Origin: Thelocarpon superellum
Taxonomy: Eukaryota
Assembly (NCBI GenBank): GCA_026025795.1
Contig: JAPEUG010000006.1
Coordinates: 62,001-114,866 of the forward strand
Length of the DNA: 52,866 nt
Direction of reading: 5' to 3'
Part shown: piece by piece, positions 1-12,310 of the stretch
Numbering within the stretch: the stretch's first letter is position 1
How the letters are laid out: every line of letters begins with the position of its first letter
Position numbers and translations under genes: made by a program
Notes under the pieces: generated by a model
The model's input: only the letters and a program-made list of their open reading frames with translations
The model's database searches: none
Told to the model about the DNA's origin: nothing

Positions 1-280
1 ATGCACGCGGCCGTCTGATTCGCCAGCGCGAGCACCACCACCGGAACCTCGTTGACTTTCCAATCCCAATCCCCGCCAACACCATCATTCATCCTCCAGC
101 GTGACTGTCGTCCATGGCCGAGCAGTCCTCCACGCACGCCTCACTCCATCACCTCGACTTTGCCCGTCCCTCATGACCCTTGACGCTGCCGGGGCTCCGC
201 TGATGGCGAGCTGATGCCGTCTGATCGTGACCGCGACCATCCACCACTGTGATCCGGCGTCTCCGGCGCCGCCACACACC

Positions 281-3200
281 ATGGCCTACGAACAGCGCAC
301 TCAGTATCACCCGCCGTCACGCTCGCACTATGACCATCATCAGCGACAGGCGCCGCTGCCGGCGCAGTATGGTCAAGCATATTCCGGCTACGACGACCAG
401 CACCGTGGTGGTGGCGATCCATATGCGAATGGCTACACCCAGTCCGACTATGGCCACGCCGCGAACGCGGACGCGAACGCGACCTATGGAGGTGGACGAA
501 CAGGAGGGGCCGTAGGAGGAGGCATGAGCGCCAACGGCTATTCTCACGAACAGTCCGCGAGCCATCAGGCCGGCCAACAGTGGGAACAGTATTCCTCCAC
601 CAATGGCCAGCACGCCCAGAATACCCAACGCGCCCACAACGGGTACGCGCAGGACAAATACGCGTACCCGCACGCCTTCGCGACTCCAAATTCAAATGCG
701 AAGGCAAATGCAAATGCGAATGCGAATGGCTTCCATGGCAATGGCGGACCTGTCGCCGAGGTTCCGGCGACAAACGGCCGATCGTGGCGAGAGCCCGAAA
801 GCCATGAACCACGATCTCAATCACGAGCGCGGCGAGATCCACCAGCGCCAGCGCCATCGATGGGCTCCACACCCGTGGCGGCGGCGGTTGACACGACACG
901 TCGAGGCCCACACGCAGAACCGACCCGGGCCAAACCTCCGCCATTGACGTCGACCATCCCCCGCGCCATCGAGCCTTTGCAACGCTCACCCGAGCTGACC
1001 AGCTGGGACAATCCATTTCCCGTCTTTCCCGGCGCTACTACTAAGAAGAAGCCGACACAGGGCGCGGCGCGCGAGAGTTCGAAGAGTAGCGGTTCAGGGG
1101 ACGGTCGGCCAGCTACAGCTCAGAGCAAACGGAGCCATACGCCTTCAAGTAACCATATGCGCCAATCGAGCGAGTCTGAGCGTTCGCACCAGGAGCCTCG
1201 CAATCACCACTATGAGAGTGGGGGTCGGAGCCAGTACCCGCACTTTACGTCGCCCTCGGAACTCGGCTTCGAAGACCGAAGAGGGCCCGAACAACTGGAC
1301 GACCGCTTTACTCCGCCTGCCTCTGCCGAGTACCGGGACCATGCCTATCCACTCGAAGACCTACGTCGCCCCACGCCTGGCCACGACGAACGACGGCAGG
1401 AGCCTTCCTATCCGCAGCGAACCTTCAGTCCACCGCAGCAGCCACCGCAGCAGGTCATGCGAAGTGCCTCCGACGACTATGTCAGCCAGAGGCCGCAGGT
1501 TGATCCTCGCCAGCCGACGGTGCGCCCCGGGGTGCCACCGCAACGGTCGAGCCCAACGGAATGGGAGAACCCCAACGTGCGACATCACCTCCCGCCTCGG
1601 CCCGCCACATCCAACACCAGCCGGCCGGCATGGCCAGACCGATCACAGTCCAGCGATGAGAGCAGGCCATCCGGTCATCAAAGAAGGGAGCCTGCGCCGC
1701 GCCCGGCTGAGCTCCCGCTCCGGCAGCCTCAACGATCCAACACTTATGATGCACCGCCGCAGCGCTCCCATACCTACGATCCTACTCTGGCGCCTTCCAA
1801 CCATTACGATCCACCCCAGCCCAGCCCCAACCTGGCACCACCATCGACCGGATATGATCCCTTTGGCCCACCGCCGAGGAGTCCGGAGGAGATGCCCAAT
1901 TTTGACGCCATTCCCATGCATCCTCCCAACCGACGTAGAGGCAGTTCTTTTGAAGAGCATCTCCCGCCCGCTGGACGTGATGGGCCTCCCCTTCCTCTGC
2001 AGCCCCCGGCCACAGGCCCAGCTTCCGCCTCTGGTTCCAAGTACACGGCATACAACGGCGGTGCACATGCCAATGGCCAGACGAATGGGTATGGGAGGCC
2101 AGCTGGCGGCTTCAGCGCACAGGCACACCGCAGCCGGTCGCAGCCGGACCTACGAGGTCAGAGCGCGGCACAAGAAGCGCGTCGCTTTCCTGCCGAGCAC
2201 GAGATCGGGCAAGCGGTGTCACCCATGACGGACGAAGCGATGGTGATCCCGCCACTGCCGTCGAGCGGACCTCGCGCCCGGACCCCAGGCCCCGGGCCGG
2301 GACTGGCAGGATATCAGCCAACGATCAACAGCGACACTTACCCTCCCCCGCGCCAACGCCGACAGCAAACACAGCCTCAGCCGCCGACGCAAAATTTCCA
2401 TCAAGGCCAAGGCCAAGGCCATTTTCCGCCATTTGCCCAAAACCAGTATCCGTCACACCCGAGCCCGCAGTTGCAAGCTCATCATCCCCCGCTTCAGCCG
2501 GCCACGCCACCGATGGGCCGACCAGGTGTCGAACGGATCCAGTCTCCATCGAACGTCCGGGAGCAGGGTCCGAGCTATGGGCGAGGTCCGCCACCTGCGC
2601 AAGACCCTTACTATGCCGGACGACGTGGACCGAATGCTGGCTTCGGAGGACCAACAGCAAGTCCAGGGCCCGGCATAATGCCGACCAACGGCGCACCCGC
2701 CCCGGCAACGCGGTCAAGTAACCCGGACGCGCTACCAGCACACCCAGCGCCGGTCCGACCGGGACTGATGCCTGGGTCGATGGCGAATCAAGCGATCAAG
2801 GCGCCACCGGTGCGACAGTATGCCAACAGCGGCCCGCCGTCCCAGTCGTCCGTCTCTTCCCCGCAGTCGCCGGAACAAGTGACGGCACGACGCCGGCGAT
2901 CGGACCCCGTCACACGTGAGGAACTGGAGCGTTTATCACAGGCCGTCAAAGCGAACCCGTCGGATCAAAAGACGCAGCTGAAGCTCGCCAAGAAGTACGT
3001 CGAGGCGGCCACGGTCCTCGCGGATGAGGGTGGCCGGGCCGACGCCAAGACGAAGAGTCGCAATCGGGAACGATACACGTTCGACGCGCACAAGCTCTTG
3101 AAGAAGCTCGTCAGCGCGGGTAATGCAGATGCCATGTTCTATCTTGCCGACTGCCATGGCTCGGGTGGCCTCGGACTACAACCGGACCCGAAGGAAGCCT

Positions 3201-4156
3201 TCAACCTTTATCAAGCCGCGGCCAAGGCCGGCCACGGGCAAGCCGCCTACCGCACGGCGGTCTGTTGTGAACTGGGCCTGGAAGATGGCGGTGGCACGAA
3301 GAAGGACCCGCTCAAGGCCATGCACTGGTACAAGCGATCGGCGAGCATGGGCGACACGCCGGCCATGTACAAGATGGGCATGATCCTGCTCAAGGGGCTG
3401 CTGGGTCAACCGGCCAATCCGCGCGAAGCCATCACCTGGTTGAAGCGCGCGGCCGAGCGGGCGGATGAGGACAATCCGCACGCCCTGCACGAATTGGTGA
3501 GTGCGATGCAGGACAAGGGCGGCAACGTGCTTCGGACTAACGGGACTCCAGGGCCTCTTGTACGAAAAGGCGTCGGGTCGCGACAACATTCCCCAGGACG
3601 AAGCATACTCGAGGCAACTCTTCACGCAAGCGGCCAACCTCGGATACAAGTTCTCCCAGTATCGGCTGGGGTGTGCGTACGAGTATGGCCTGATGGGATG
3701 TCCGATCGACCCGCGCCAGAGCATCGCCTGGTACAGTCGAGCGGCGGTACAGGAGGAACATCAGAGCGAGCTCGCGTTGAGCGGCTGGTATCTGACGGGC
3801 TCGGAGGGAGTGCTTCAGCAGAGTGACACGGAAGCCTACTTGTGGGCTCGGAAGGCTGCCATGGCAGGATTGGCCAAGGCCGAGTACGCCATGGGCTACT
3901 TCACCGAGGTGGGCATTGGGGCTCCGGCGAACGCGGAGGATGCCAAGCGATGGTATTGGCGGGCAGCGGGTAAGGAGAATGTCCGCCTGTCCGAATCGTG
4001 GGAGTGGGATTAACGTGAGATCTTCCAGCGCAAAACTTTCCCAAGGCCCGAGAACGACTCGATGAACTTCGGCGGAACGGCAGCAAGGTACAGAAGCCTC
4101 GAGAGCGGGTATCACGATCGAACGTGAAGCACGAGGGGGATTGTTTGATCATGTGA
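281..4156 (+). CDS. CHS4: Chitin synthase activator, Chs4/Skt5 family (Sel1-repeat protein, C-terminal CaaX); exons 281-3496, 3552-3969, 4029-4156
   Basis: Long Pro/Gln/Ser-rich N-terminus, then Sel1 repeats (AMFYLADCHG..EAFNLYQAAAKAGH; AMYKMGMILLKG; SQYRLGCAYEYG; AEYAMGYFTEVG). Two GT-AG introns restore the frame. The protein ends in GDCLIM*, a prenylation motif typical of Chs4. Confidence 0.9.
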
Positions 4157-5251
4157 TTTGGTGACCTTTCCCGTCGACGTGAGCCCTGGAGTGTTACGAT
4201 GGATGGAGTGAGTGGGGAGGGGATCTTTTCCTCCTTCCCGGCTCTTTCGCCCTTCTTGAACATCGGGCTCCCCATCACATCACACTACGTCGCCTGCTTT
4301 GCAGCCGAAGACTTTGTTGCATATTCGAGCCAGGCTGGAGCTGGGCATTTCTCTTTTCGTGTTTCGCATTTGGGAGTGCGGAGTGGTGGGACGCGGAAAG
4401 GTACTTTTCTTCTTTGCATGCTTGCCGGTGTCACTTGTCTCATTCGCAGTCTGCCTGTCTTCCCTCCCTCTCTCTTTGCTTTCTCGACCGTAATGCATGT
4501 ACGATACGAACGGAGACGATGACCACTACCGACCCGATAGATGGATACGATCCTAAGGTAATAATACTTGCAACTGCCTTACCTGCAGCGGAGCGATAGG
4601 GTGCCTGATGACATTGAGTGTGTGGATGTTACGAGGCTGGAGAATGAGCCGCAGCCCGTTAGAAGCAGCAAAGCAGACCGAGACCTATCATATTAGTCAG
4701 CGCCGGAAGCGGGACAGTTGCAAAAGAGTCGCTAGGCAGAAGGAAGGTCTACCGGCTGCCCCCCAGTTTTCGAGACTTGGGGCGCCCCAAATTTATCCTG
4801 GAGCATCTCCCCTCTCACAGCATATGTGATAACATAGACTGACGACAGTGCACTCGGTGCTGCTGTCTGTCCGTGTCCATTGTTAGTGCAAGACGACCGA
4901 GCGATGTCACTCGACACTCCTGGAGTGCTCTACCTTAATTTGTGTGACATTACACAACATGCTACCTGTTCCAGTGCTACTGATACTGCATTCATCATTG
5001 TGCTTTGATCCTATAGATCCGGGAGCAGATCTCTGATGCAAGTCTCTCGCTGAATGCGTGAACTTATCCAAAGATATCCTCAAGGGATGAAAGTACCTGA
5101 TATTTAAGAGAGATTCACTTCGTCATGTCCTCCTGGAACGTCTCTTATACGACCCTCTGTCGCAATCTCATTCCATGCAGTCGATCCAGACTGCGACCTC
5201 GATCCCACCCGTACCTCTCCCCCATTCGAGTTCCACTTCCAAGGCCCAAGA

Positions 5252-6538
5252 ATGCCCCACATGAGCAGTCCCGATGAGCTCCAAAAAGAAGTGTTTCTAT
5301 CATGCCGCACAGTATTTACGGGGGAACAAGCGCGCATCCGCCGGCCCGGGAAAATCCGTGCAGTGCTGGGACAGCACCGGAGCACACTGGGGTCTCTCGA
5401 GGTGAAGTACGATTGGGAGCAGATCGCGGATAGCGCGCGTCTGCTGCTACAGAGAGAAGTGTTTGAGTCTACGCAGCGCGCGAAGAGAGAATTTCCGGAG
5501 CTGTTCACACAGTCTGCATCACGTGGACAGCAGCGCACGGCGGCGACGACGCAGGTGAAGCAGGCTCCTACACGGGCAGCACTGGTACGAGTGCAAGGAT
5601 CAGGCGACGTGGCGAGTGGAGCAGCTCCGGGTGCCATCAAGACCAGGCACGTTGCCGGGACGAGTACAGGAACGAAGTCAGCCCCACCAGTCCAATCCAA
5701 AAGACCCTCAGCAGCAGCCCCTTCTACGGCGGCCCCTTCCACGGCGGCCTCCTCAATCTGCCTACCCTACACAAGTCAGCACCAGGCTCTGTCACAGACG
5801 CAGGCGGTCCTCGAACGCGTTTGTTTCGACTTTGCCACGAAGTGGCTCCCAGACATCCTGCAGAAAGAGAGATGGGATTGTCCCGAGGCTGTGGAACTCA
5901 GCGTGTGGATGCGGACCCTGGGCGCCAACCGCGCCCGGATCCCCACTCACGCCCTGAATGTCAGCCAGGGCGCGGGCGAGGCCACGCTGGGCGACACCGT
6001 GCTTGCTAAGATCAGTAAGCTCCGACACACAGCCGTGCACCGCCTACCCATCTCCGCGACGGAAACGATCCACTTCCTCGAGGCCGCGACCAGCTTCGCC
6101 GCGCTCCTCAACGACTCGGCGCGCGCCGTTTCGATCGCCGCTGTGAGCAATACGGTGGCATCGCACACACGCGACCGCGAAGCGCACTGCGCCCTACTGC
6201 AGCTTCGCCTCGAGCGAGAACTGCGCGCTCTGAGCGATCAGAGGGCACAGCTGGATGGAATCGAAACAGAGGCAAGGAGGGCCGTGTGCCGTGATGAGGC
6301 CGCTCATGCTGCTTCTATGGAAAGTACTTTGAACACCGCTATGACGCGACTCCTGTGTGACTCCGTCGAGATCCCAGAGATTTCCGAGTGTGGGGACGTA
6401 AGGCAGGGACCCGGGGTGCCTCACGGAGGTCTCCTGAGCGGATCTCGTGCTGGGGACAATGTCAATATCGACAGCGACGGTGGCTTTGGCACTGAAGATG
6501 GCGAAATTTGGCTTGAATTACTAAAGACAGTCATGTAG
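5252..6538 (+). CDS. Intronless fungal hypothetical protein (428 aa) with putative HEPN-like RxxxxH motif and C-terminal coiled coil
   Basis: Uninterrupted 428-aa ORF; globular segment LERVCFDF..WDCPEAVEL..KLRHTAVHR, followed by a heptad-rich helix (LERELRALSDQRAQLDGIETEARR). Confidence 0.7.
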   Translation: MPHMSSPDELQKEVFLSCRTVFTGEQARIRRPGKIRAVLGQHRSTLGSLEVKYDWEQIADSARLLLQREVFESTQRAKREFPELFTQSASRGQQRTAATTQVKQAPTRAALVRVQGSGDVASGAAPGAIKTRHVAGTSTGTKSAPPVQSKRPSAAAPSTAAPSTAASSICLPYTSQHQALSQTQAVLERVCFDFATKWLPDILQKERWDCPEAVELSVWMRTLGANRARIPTHALNVSQGAGEATLGDTVLAKISKLRHTAVHRLPISATETIHFLEAATSFAALLNDSARAVSIAAVSNTVASHTRDREAHCALLQLRLERELRALSDQRAQLDGIETEARRAVCRDEAAHAASMESTLNTAMTRLLCDSVEIPEISECGDVRQGPGVPHGGLLSGSRAGDNVNIDSDGGFGTEDGEIWLELLKTVM

Positions 6539-7025
6539 GGCAGCTTCATTTTCCTGCGTGCGATAAATGAATGGAATGTTGATCGTGATTTCATCAACAA
6601 ACAGTCCGTTGCAGGAATTCAGTGTTGATCGGCGCGGCATCGTGGTGGTGACATCGCTTCAGCCAATACGGGGACACTACTTACTGAGGGCTGGTCAGCG
6701 CGAGTCGCTTAATAATATCGGCCTTGTCGGCGACTAACGAGCGTGCCGACCGAGATCACATGACAGCAACGGTCCGGATACATAATTATTAATGGAAAGC
6801 ACCATTGACACTGAGCTGATGTATATAAACGCGTGGGAGGGTAAGGGCGTTTCGTTCCCATGCATGTCTTTGATGGGTGTCATTCCAGTGGGCAAAAACC
6901 GACATAGTGGAAAGCAGCCGCCCCCAGGGCTGTGACATATTTTGTATTTCCCTATCTGGCACCAATTCTCAAGATCTCTCCCGGACCGTTCACAAAGGAA
7001 ATCAATCCATGAGAAAAGCGCTATC

Positions 7026-8139
7026 ATGCTTTGGAAATTAAGCAATGAAGAGGCAGCCCCGAAACGAACTCCAGTGTATTTTTTGAGTCATGGCGGGGTG
7101 GGTGGTCCTGACTTTCGTTCACCCAGTCACTGTTCAGAAGATATGAGCAATGGAAGAACGGCTGACCGGCGGTGCATGTCAGCCCAACATCGTGGTACGG
7201 ACGGCCTTTCGATCCCACTTCTCAGTGCGTCCGACAAGTGGAAGCATTCTCACGTAGGCATAGTACGACACAGACCACCCTGTCTACGCACGACTCCAGG
7301 GAATAGGCAAAGAGATTACGACCAAAGTGCAGCCAAAGGCCGTCGTGGTCTTCTCTGCCCATTGGCAAGGGGGCGAGGACAAGATTCTGGTCAACGAGGC
7401 GGTGAAGACGGATCTGATCTATGAGTGCGTTTGCTCCCATGATCTGGGCGATCTTCCGTCAGTTGAAGCCATGACCAGTTTCTTCGGGTTCCCCAAGCAC
7501 TATTACAAAGAGATCTTTCCAAACGTGGGCAGCAAGGATGTGGCGGATCGGGTGAGGACGCTGTTGAAGAGTGCCGGTATTGAGAGTCAGGGAGTCAAGC
7601 GTGGGCTGGATCACGGAGTCTGGTGCTGCTTCAAATGCGGTGGGTCAGATGTTCTGCTGCGGGGATGGAGAACATTGGGCTCAGGCAAGGACACAGCATT
7701 CCATCCCGACGAAAACCCCCTGGACGTGCCGATCGTCGAGGTCTCCCTCTACAACAACGAAGACACGGACCAGCACTATCGGCTGGGCGAGGCCGTGGCG
7801 ACACTGCGCGAGGAGAACGTTGTGGTCGTAGTCTCGGGCATGGCGGTGCATAATCTGCGAGATCTGCGATTCGCCATGGGTACTTCCGACCCCCTGCCAT
7901 ACGCCAAGAGCTTCGACGACGCGCTGAAAATTGCCGTCACGGCGGACCCCGGAGATCGCCAGAAGAAGATGGCGGCATTGCTGAATAGACCAGATGCCCG
8001 CCAAGCTCATCCTCAGTTCGATCACTTGCTGCCCATCTTTGTCGGAGCGGGCGCAGCTGGCAGGGACAAGGGCAAGCAATTGTGGACACTGCCGCAAGGC
8101 AGTATGAGCTGGGCTCAGTACCGATTTGGGCAGGTGTGA
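7026..8139 (+). CDS. Extradiol ring-cleavage dioxygenase, LigB/DODA-type; exons ~7026-7097, 7183-7194, 7264-7424, 7479-7639, 7697-8139
   Basis: Spliced motifs PVYFLSHGG-PNIV, AVVVFSAHW, RGLDHGVW, SGMAVHNLRD and AHPQFDHLLP are the metal-binding His motifs of LigB-family enzymes. Confidence 0.9.
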
Positions 8140-8179
8140 TGGAAGCGTAGATAAAGACACTGCGGCTCGGCGAATATAA

Positions 8180-8665
8180 CTATATTCCATTCTTGACCAA
8201 GCTCGCGACCTTTTCCTCAATCTCCTTGTCCGTGAGACCTATCGCGATGGCTAGTGTCAGCAGCTCGAGACGTCGATTGAGTAGCATTCGATGTGGACAT
8301 ACCAGCCAACGACTGCTGCTTCTCCTTTCCAAACTCTGTCACACTCAGCGGCCGGATCAGCAGGCACCCTCAACCCGAAAGCTCTCGCCAAATACCCACC
8401 GTATCGTGCAAAGACTCGGGGCTCCGTTCCCAGCGCTTCTCGCAACATGATGGGCGTGTGTGGGTTGTTCTTCTTCATCGTGGGATATGCGCGGGTTAGG
8501 AAGGACCTGGTGCGAAACATGAGCGCTTGTACTATCTCATCCATGGGATGATGAAGGGTGGCGGCATGGCATGGCCTACCTCGTCGCAGAGCTATGGTCG
8601 GAGGTCTGACAGAAGAGGAATCGGACTTCTCTCAAAGCCGTGCTGAATGCATATTTGCCGGACAT
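8180..8665 (-). CDS. NDUFA2: NADH:ubiquinone oxidoreductase 10.5 kDa subunit (NDUFA2/B8), 4 exons
   Basis: MSGKYAFSTALREVRFLFCQTSDHSSATR / SFLTRAYPTMKKNNPHTPIMLREALGTEPRVFARY / EFGKEKQQSLAG / LTDKEIEEKVASLVKNGI*. Confidence 0.92.
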
Positions 8666-8957
8666 GTTGATGACGAGCGGCAGAGCGCCGAAGTCGCGGG
8701 TTGAAGTCGAATTGAACGGGTGGGGATTGTTCGATTTGCTCTGCCATTCTCGCTGTCGGGATCGTCTGTAGATTTCATGGCCGCACGCAATACGGCAGTC
8801 GAAGCGCGCAAAGGCTGCATAAAAGTTATGCACATGCGTCACACGCTCAACTGAACCTAAAGATCATTGTTGGTGGGTCAGTTATTCAACGTCTCACACT
8901 ACCCCCTCTCTTCATCACCGACTCCCGGGAATACCTTTCATCTCGCAATTGTTCACC

Positions 8958-9747
8958 ATGCGTCCAATGATGCGCCTGCTGCCGCGAGGCGGCACGGCTT
9001 CCGGCTCCACCTCGAGATGGACCACGTCCGGACGAGCGCCGTGGACTCCGTTCTTCCAGTCCTCCTCCTCACCTGCGTTTATCCTTCGATCTCGGTTTCA
9101 GTCCACTTCTGCCGCCGCCGCAGCCGCTTCACCTGCAGCAGCACAGAGCTTGCTCACCAAGTTATGGACGAGCCCTGTCGGAGTCAAGACGGTGCACTTC
9201 TGGTGCGTGTGCCCTGCGACCGATAATCGTCTCTGACGTGTTCGAACCCCGTCACTGACGTTTTGGTCTCTCCAGGGCTCCTGTGATGAAGGTATGATGA
9301 CAAGAGGCCACCAACGATGAATAATTCAATCTCATGCCTTGAGTAGTGGGCTTTGGTCCTCACCGGCGTCAGCGACTTCTACCGACCAGCGGACAAACTC
9401 TCGCTGACGCAAAACGTGGCTCTCACGGCGACGGGCGCCATCTGGACGCGATGGTGTTTCATCATTAAGCCGAAGAACATGCTGTAAGCTCCTCGTTGCC
9501 AATCCGCAGCTGCTCCCCCGCACCAAGCCCCTGACTCACCCTCTTGGCGAATAGTCTCGCGGCCGTCAATTTCTTCCTCGGCTGTGTCGGATCCGTCCAA
9601 GTCTTCCGCATCCTCTCCTATCAGCGCAGCGTCAAGAATCAGCCCGGCGCGGCAGCGGAGATTCAGAGCGTGGCCAAGGACGCCAAGAGTGAGATCGAAG
9701 GAGCAGTACAAGATCCCAAAAGCGTCGTCGATAGGGTGGCAAAGTAG
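8958..9747 (+). CDS. MPC2: Mitochondrial pyruvate carrier subunit, MPC2-type; includes a 16-nt exon at 9276-9291
   Basis: Spliced sequence SPVGVKTVHFW-APVMK-WALVLTGVSDFYRPADKLSLTQNVALTATGAIWTRWCFIIKPKN-LAAVNFFLGCVG. FWAPxMKW is MPC2-like. The N-terminus is Arg/Ser-rich, like a presequence. Confidence 0.9.
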
Positions 9748-9874
9748 GTTGATGCCGTGGAGCAGCTGAAAGACGTCTTTCAATTGCAGATTATTCTAGC
9801 CATGGAGATGATTGAAATAGAGAAAAAACTTCCACGAGAACTACCGCAGCTATGTAAGAAGGAGAAGGCATGAT

Positions 9875-10880
9875 TTAAGCAAGCCGGGCTTTCAACCACG
9901 CCTCCAAGTCATCCATCTCTTTCAAGTCGACCGAATGCCCAAGATCTTTGTAGGATTTGAACTCCACGTCCCAGCCCCACTCGCGCAGTTTTGCGGCGCT
10001 CATCCGGCCCCACTCGAACTTGACGAGCGGATCGTCCTCCCCGTGGCCCATGAAGATCTTCAGCGCCTTCTTGTCCACCCCTTCCGGCACCAGACTCGGC
10101 ACCTTTTCGCCCAGGAGCAGGTATCCGCTGAGCCCGAACACGCCCCCCAGCGGCTCCTTGGACGTGAGGCCCGTGAGCACCGCGACAGCGGCACCCTGCG
10201 AGAACCCCCCGACAATGACACGGGACGAAGGGATCTTCTTCTCCACCGTCTCCGCCCGAATCAGACTCCGGATGTATTCGCGCGATCGCAAGATGCCTTC
10301 TTCGTCGGCCGATTTCTGCGCCAGGTCGCTGAAGTCCGTGATATCGTACCATCCTGGCATGCGCATGCCGCCGTTCTACGGCAGCAGAAAGAAGAAAGCA
10401 GAAGGTCAGCTTTGTGGACGCACGAAGCGATCTGACGTGAGGCGTGAAAGGGGAGCGCTCCGTACAACTGTTATAGGAATGACTGGCGCGTTGGGGAACA
10501 CAAATGACACTTCGTTGAATTGTTGGCGTCGGCGGAAATTCTGCGCCAGAGATATCCTGGGTGGTGGTCATTCGTGAGTGGCGGCACTCATGTTGGGGAT
10601 GTGGGTTGATTATTGAGCTGCTTCATGAACAGAGGGAGGGGAGAGAGAAGAGACGGGCGTCTGTACCAGCCAGATCCGCTGTGTGAGAGCGTCAGTGATC
10701 ATTGATCGACAGTTCTCTTGAGGTGGTTCAGGATAGCTGGTGCACAACCACAGGATGACTGCAGTGGTCGTGAAGGGACAACACCCGCAAGTACGGAACG
10801 CACCTATCCCCAAGACCATGTGCCATGATCACCGTAGCCGTATGTTTCCCCACCGCTGGGACCACTAAGGGTGCTGGCAT
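9875..10880 (-). CDS. Acyl-protein thioesterase 1 (phospholipase/carboxylesterase family); includes a 12-nt exon at 10667-10678
   Basis: [77 protein letters not shown]..LGHS (Ser-Asp-His triad). Confidence 0.92.
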
Positions 10881-11278
10881 CTTGCAGCAGTCGATGAGGT
10901 GTGGAGCACAGCGAAGAGAAATCTTTGATAACTTTTGCCTTGGGAGACGCGCGTTTGGAAGCTGTCTGTTCTGTGTAATGATTGTTGATTTGAGAGTGAC
11001 CGCGGACGATTACCGACCGCTGCAAGCCAATTAGTTACTTATCGAGAGCTCGCCCCACGTTCATGGTGGGGGTACTTCCGGGGGCCTCGCCTTGATTATT
11101 TGCGCTACACTTGTACCAATAATTTCAAATTCCACTTCCGCACATTTTCTCATCGCCAATTTGAAATGCGGATGGATTATGTGTACAACCCAAACCAAAG
11201 ACTCTGTTGTCTATTCGTACAGGCCCCCTGTGCTCCTAGTATCACCAGTAATCGGCGCGACGTCTTAGCAAATTGCCG

Positions 11279-12310
11279 TCAATACCCATGTTTGGCCAGC
11301 TCCTCCTCCGTCCAGTTCCACAGTTGAGCGGCCAGCGGTCCGCTCTTGGCAGCAGGAGTTCGCAAGCCCTTGACCCCAATGGGAGTATAATAAGTCCCGC
11401 TCACCACATCCTTGCTGACTGCCGCCCACAGCTGGTTCTTGGCGCCGGTCGGAACGTCGGACATCATCAGGCCTCCGGCTACCATCAACCCATAACGCAC
11501 GATGGCGTTGCTCTCCTTGTTGGAGGTGTAAAGCTGTGCGTCAAGCCAGGTCAGTTTGACGTCGTACAAGGCCATGCTGTGGACGTTGGTGCTCACATTC
11601 GTGTGGATCAGACCCGGATGGATTGAGGCTGAGGTGATATCGGGAAATTTCTTCGCGAGCTCGTCCGTGTACAGGATGTTGGCGAGCTTGGATTGACCGT
11701 ATCGAGCCCATGTGCCGGACTTGGACAGCGCGAGATCGTCGAAATCAATACCTTTCCATGGAGCCAAGGCATTTCCGGCCGAGGACAAATTGACGATCCT
11801 CACGTCCGCCTGGGGTCGTTTGGCAGTCTCGAGGAGCGTAGGCAGAAGCAGCTTGATGAGCAGGGCATGCCCAACGTGATTGGTCCCAAACTGGACTTCG
11901 TAGCCGTCCTTGGTGGTCCCCGGCGGCACGGCCATGATCCCAGCGTTGTTGAAGAGGATGTCGAGTCGATCGGACTGCGCTTTGAAGTTCGTGGCAGCTT
12001 TTGCCACGGATTCAAGCGACGTGAGATCGAGCGGTAGGAACGTGAGATTGGCTGAGGGCACTGCTGCTCTGATCTCTGCGATGGCTTCCTCGGCCTTGGA
12101 AGGTGTGCGTGCAGCCAGAAAAATCTGCAATGGCTTGTGCTTGGCCATCTGCAGCACCGTTTCCTTGCCTAAGCCCGTGTTGCCTGCAGCCCAGTAAGCT
12201 TCTGTCAGGGGCATCGGGCACAGGTGCTACCTACCACCCGTCACCAGAATCACCTTCCCCGAAAGATCGGGGATGTCGGTGTCCGGGTTGAAAGACTTGC
12301 CGCCGAACAT
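11279..12310 (-). CDS. Short-chain dehydrogenase/reductase (retinol dehydrogenase/WWOX-like)
   Basis: MFGGKSFNPDTDIPDLSGKVILVTGG-NTGLG (Rossmann motif), NNAG, FGTNHVGH, YGQSK catalytic YxxxK. Introns at ~12185-12233 and 11534-11596. Confidence 0.9.

Noticed and set aside
227..3826. 1199-aa ORF taken as the complete protein
   Set aside because: It starts at GTG upstream of the likely ATG (281) and reads into an intron at 3497; the true C-terminus lies in two further exons.
85..4278. Many overlapping alternative-frame and antisense ORFs (e.g. 171-1016, 1212-2228)
   Set aside because: Shadow ORFs expected in GC-rich coding DNA; no recognisable motifs.
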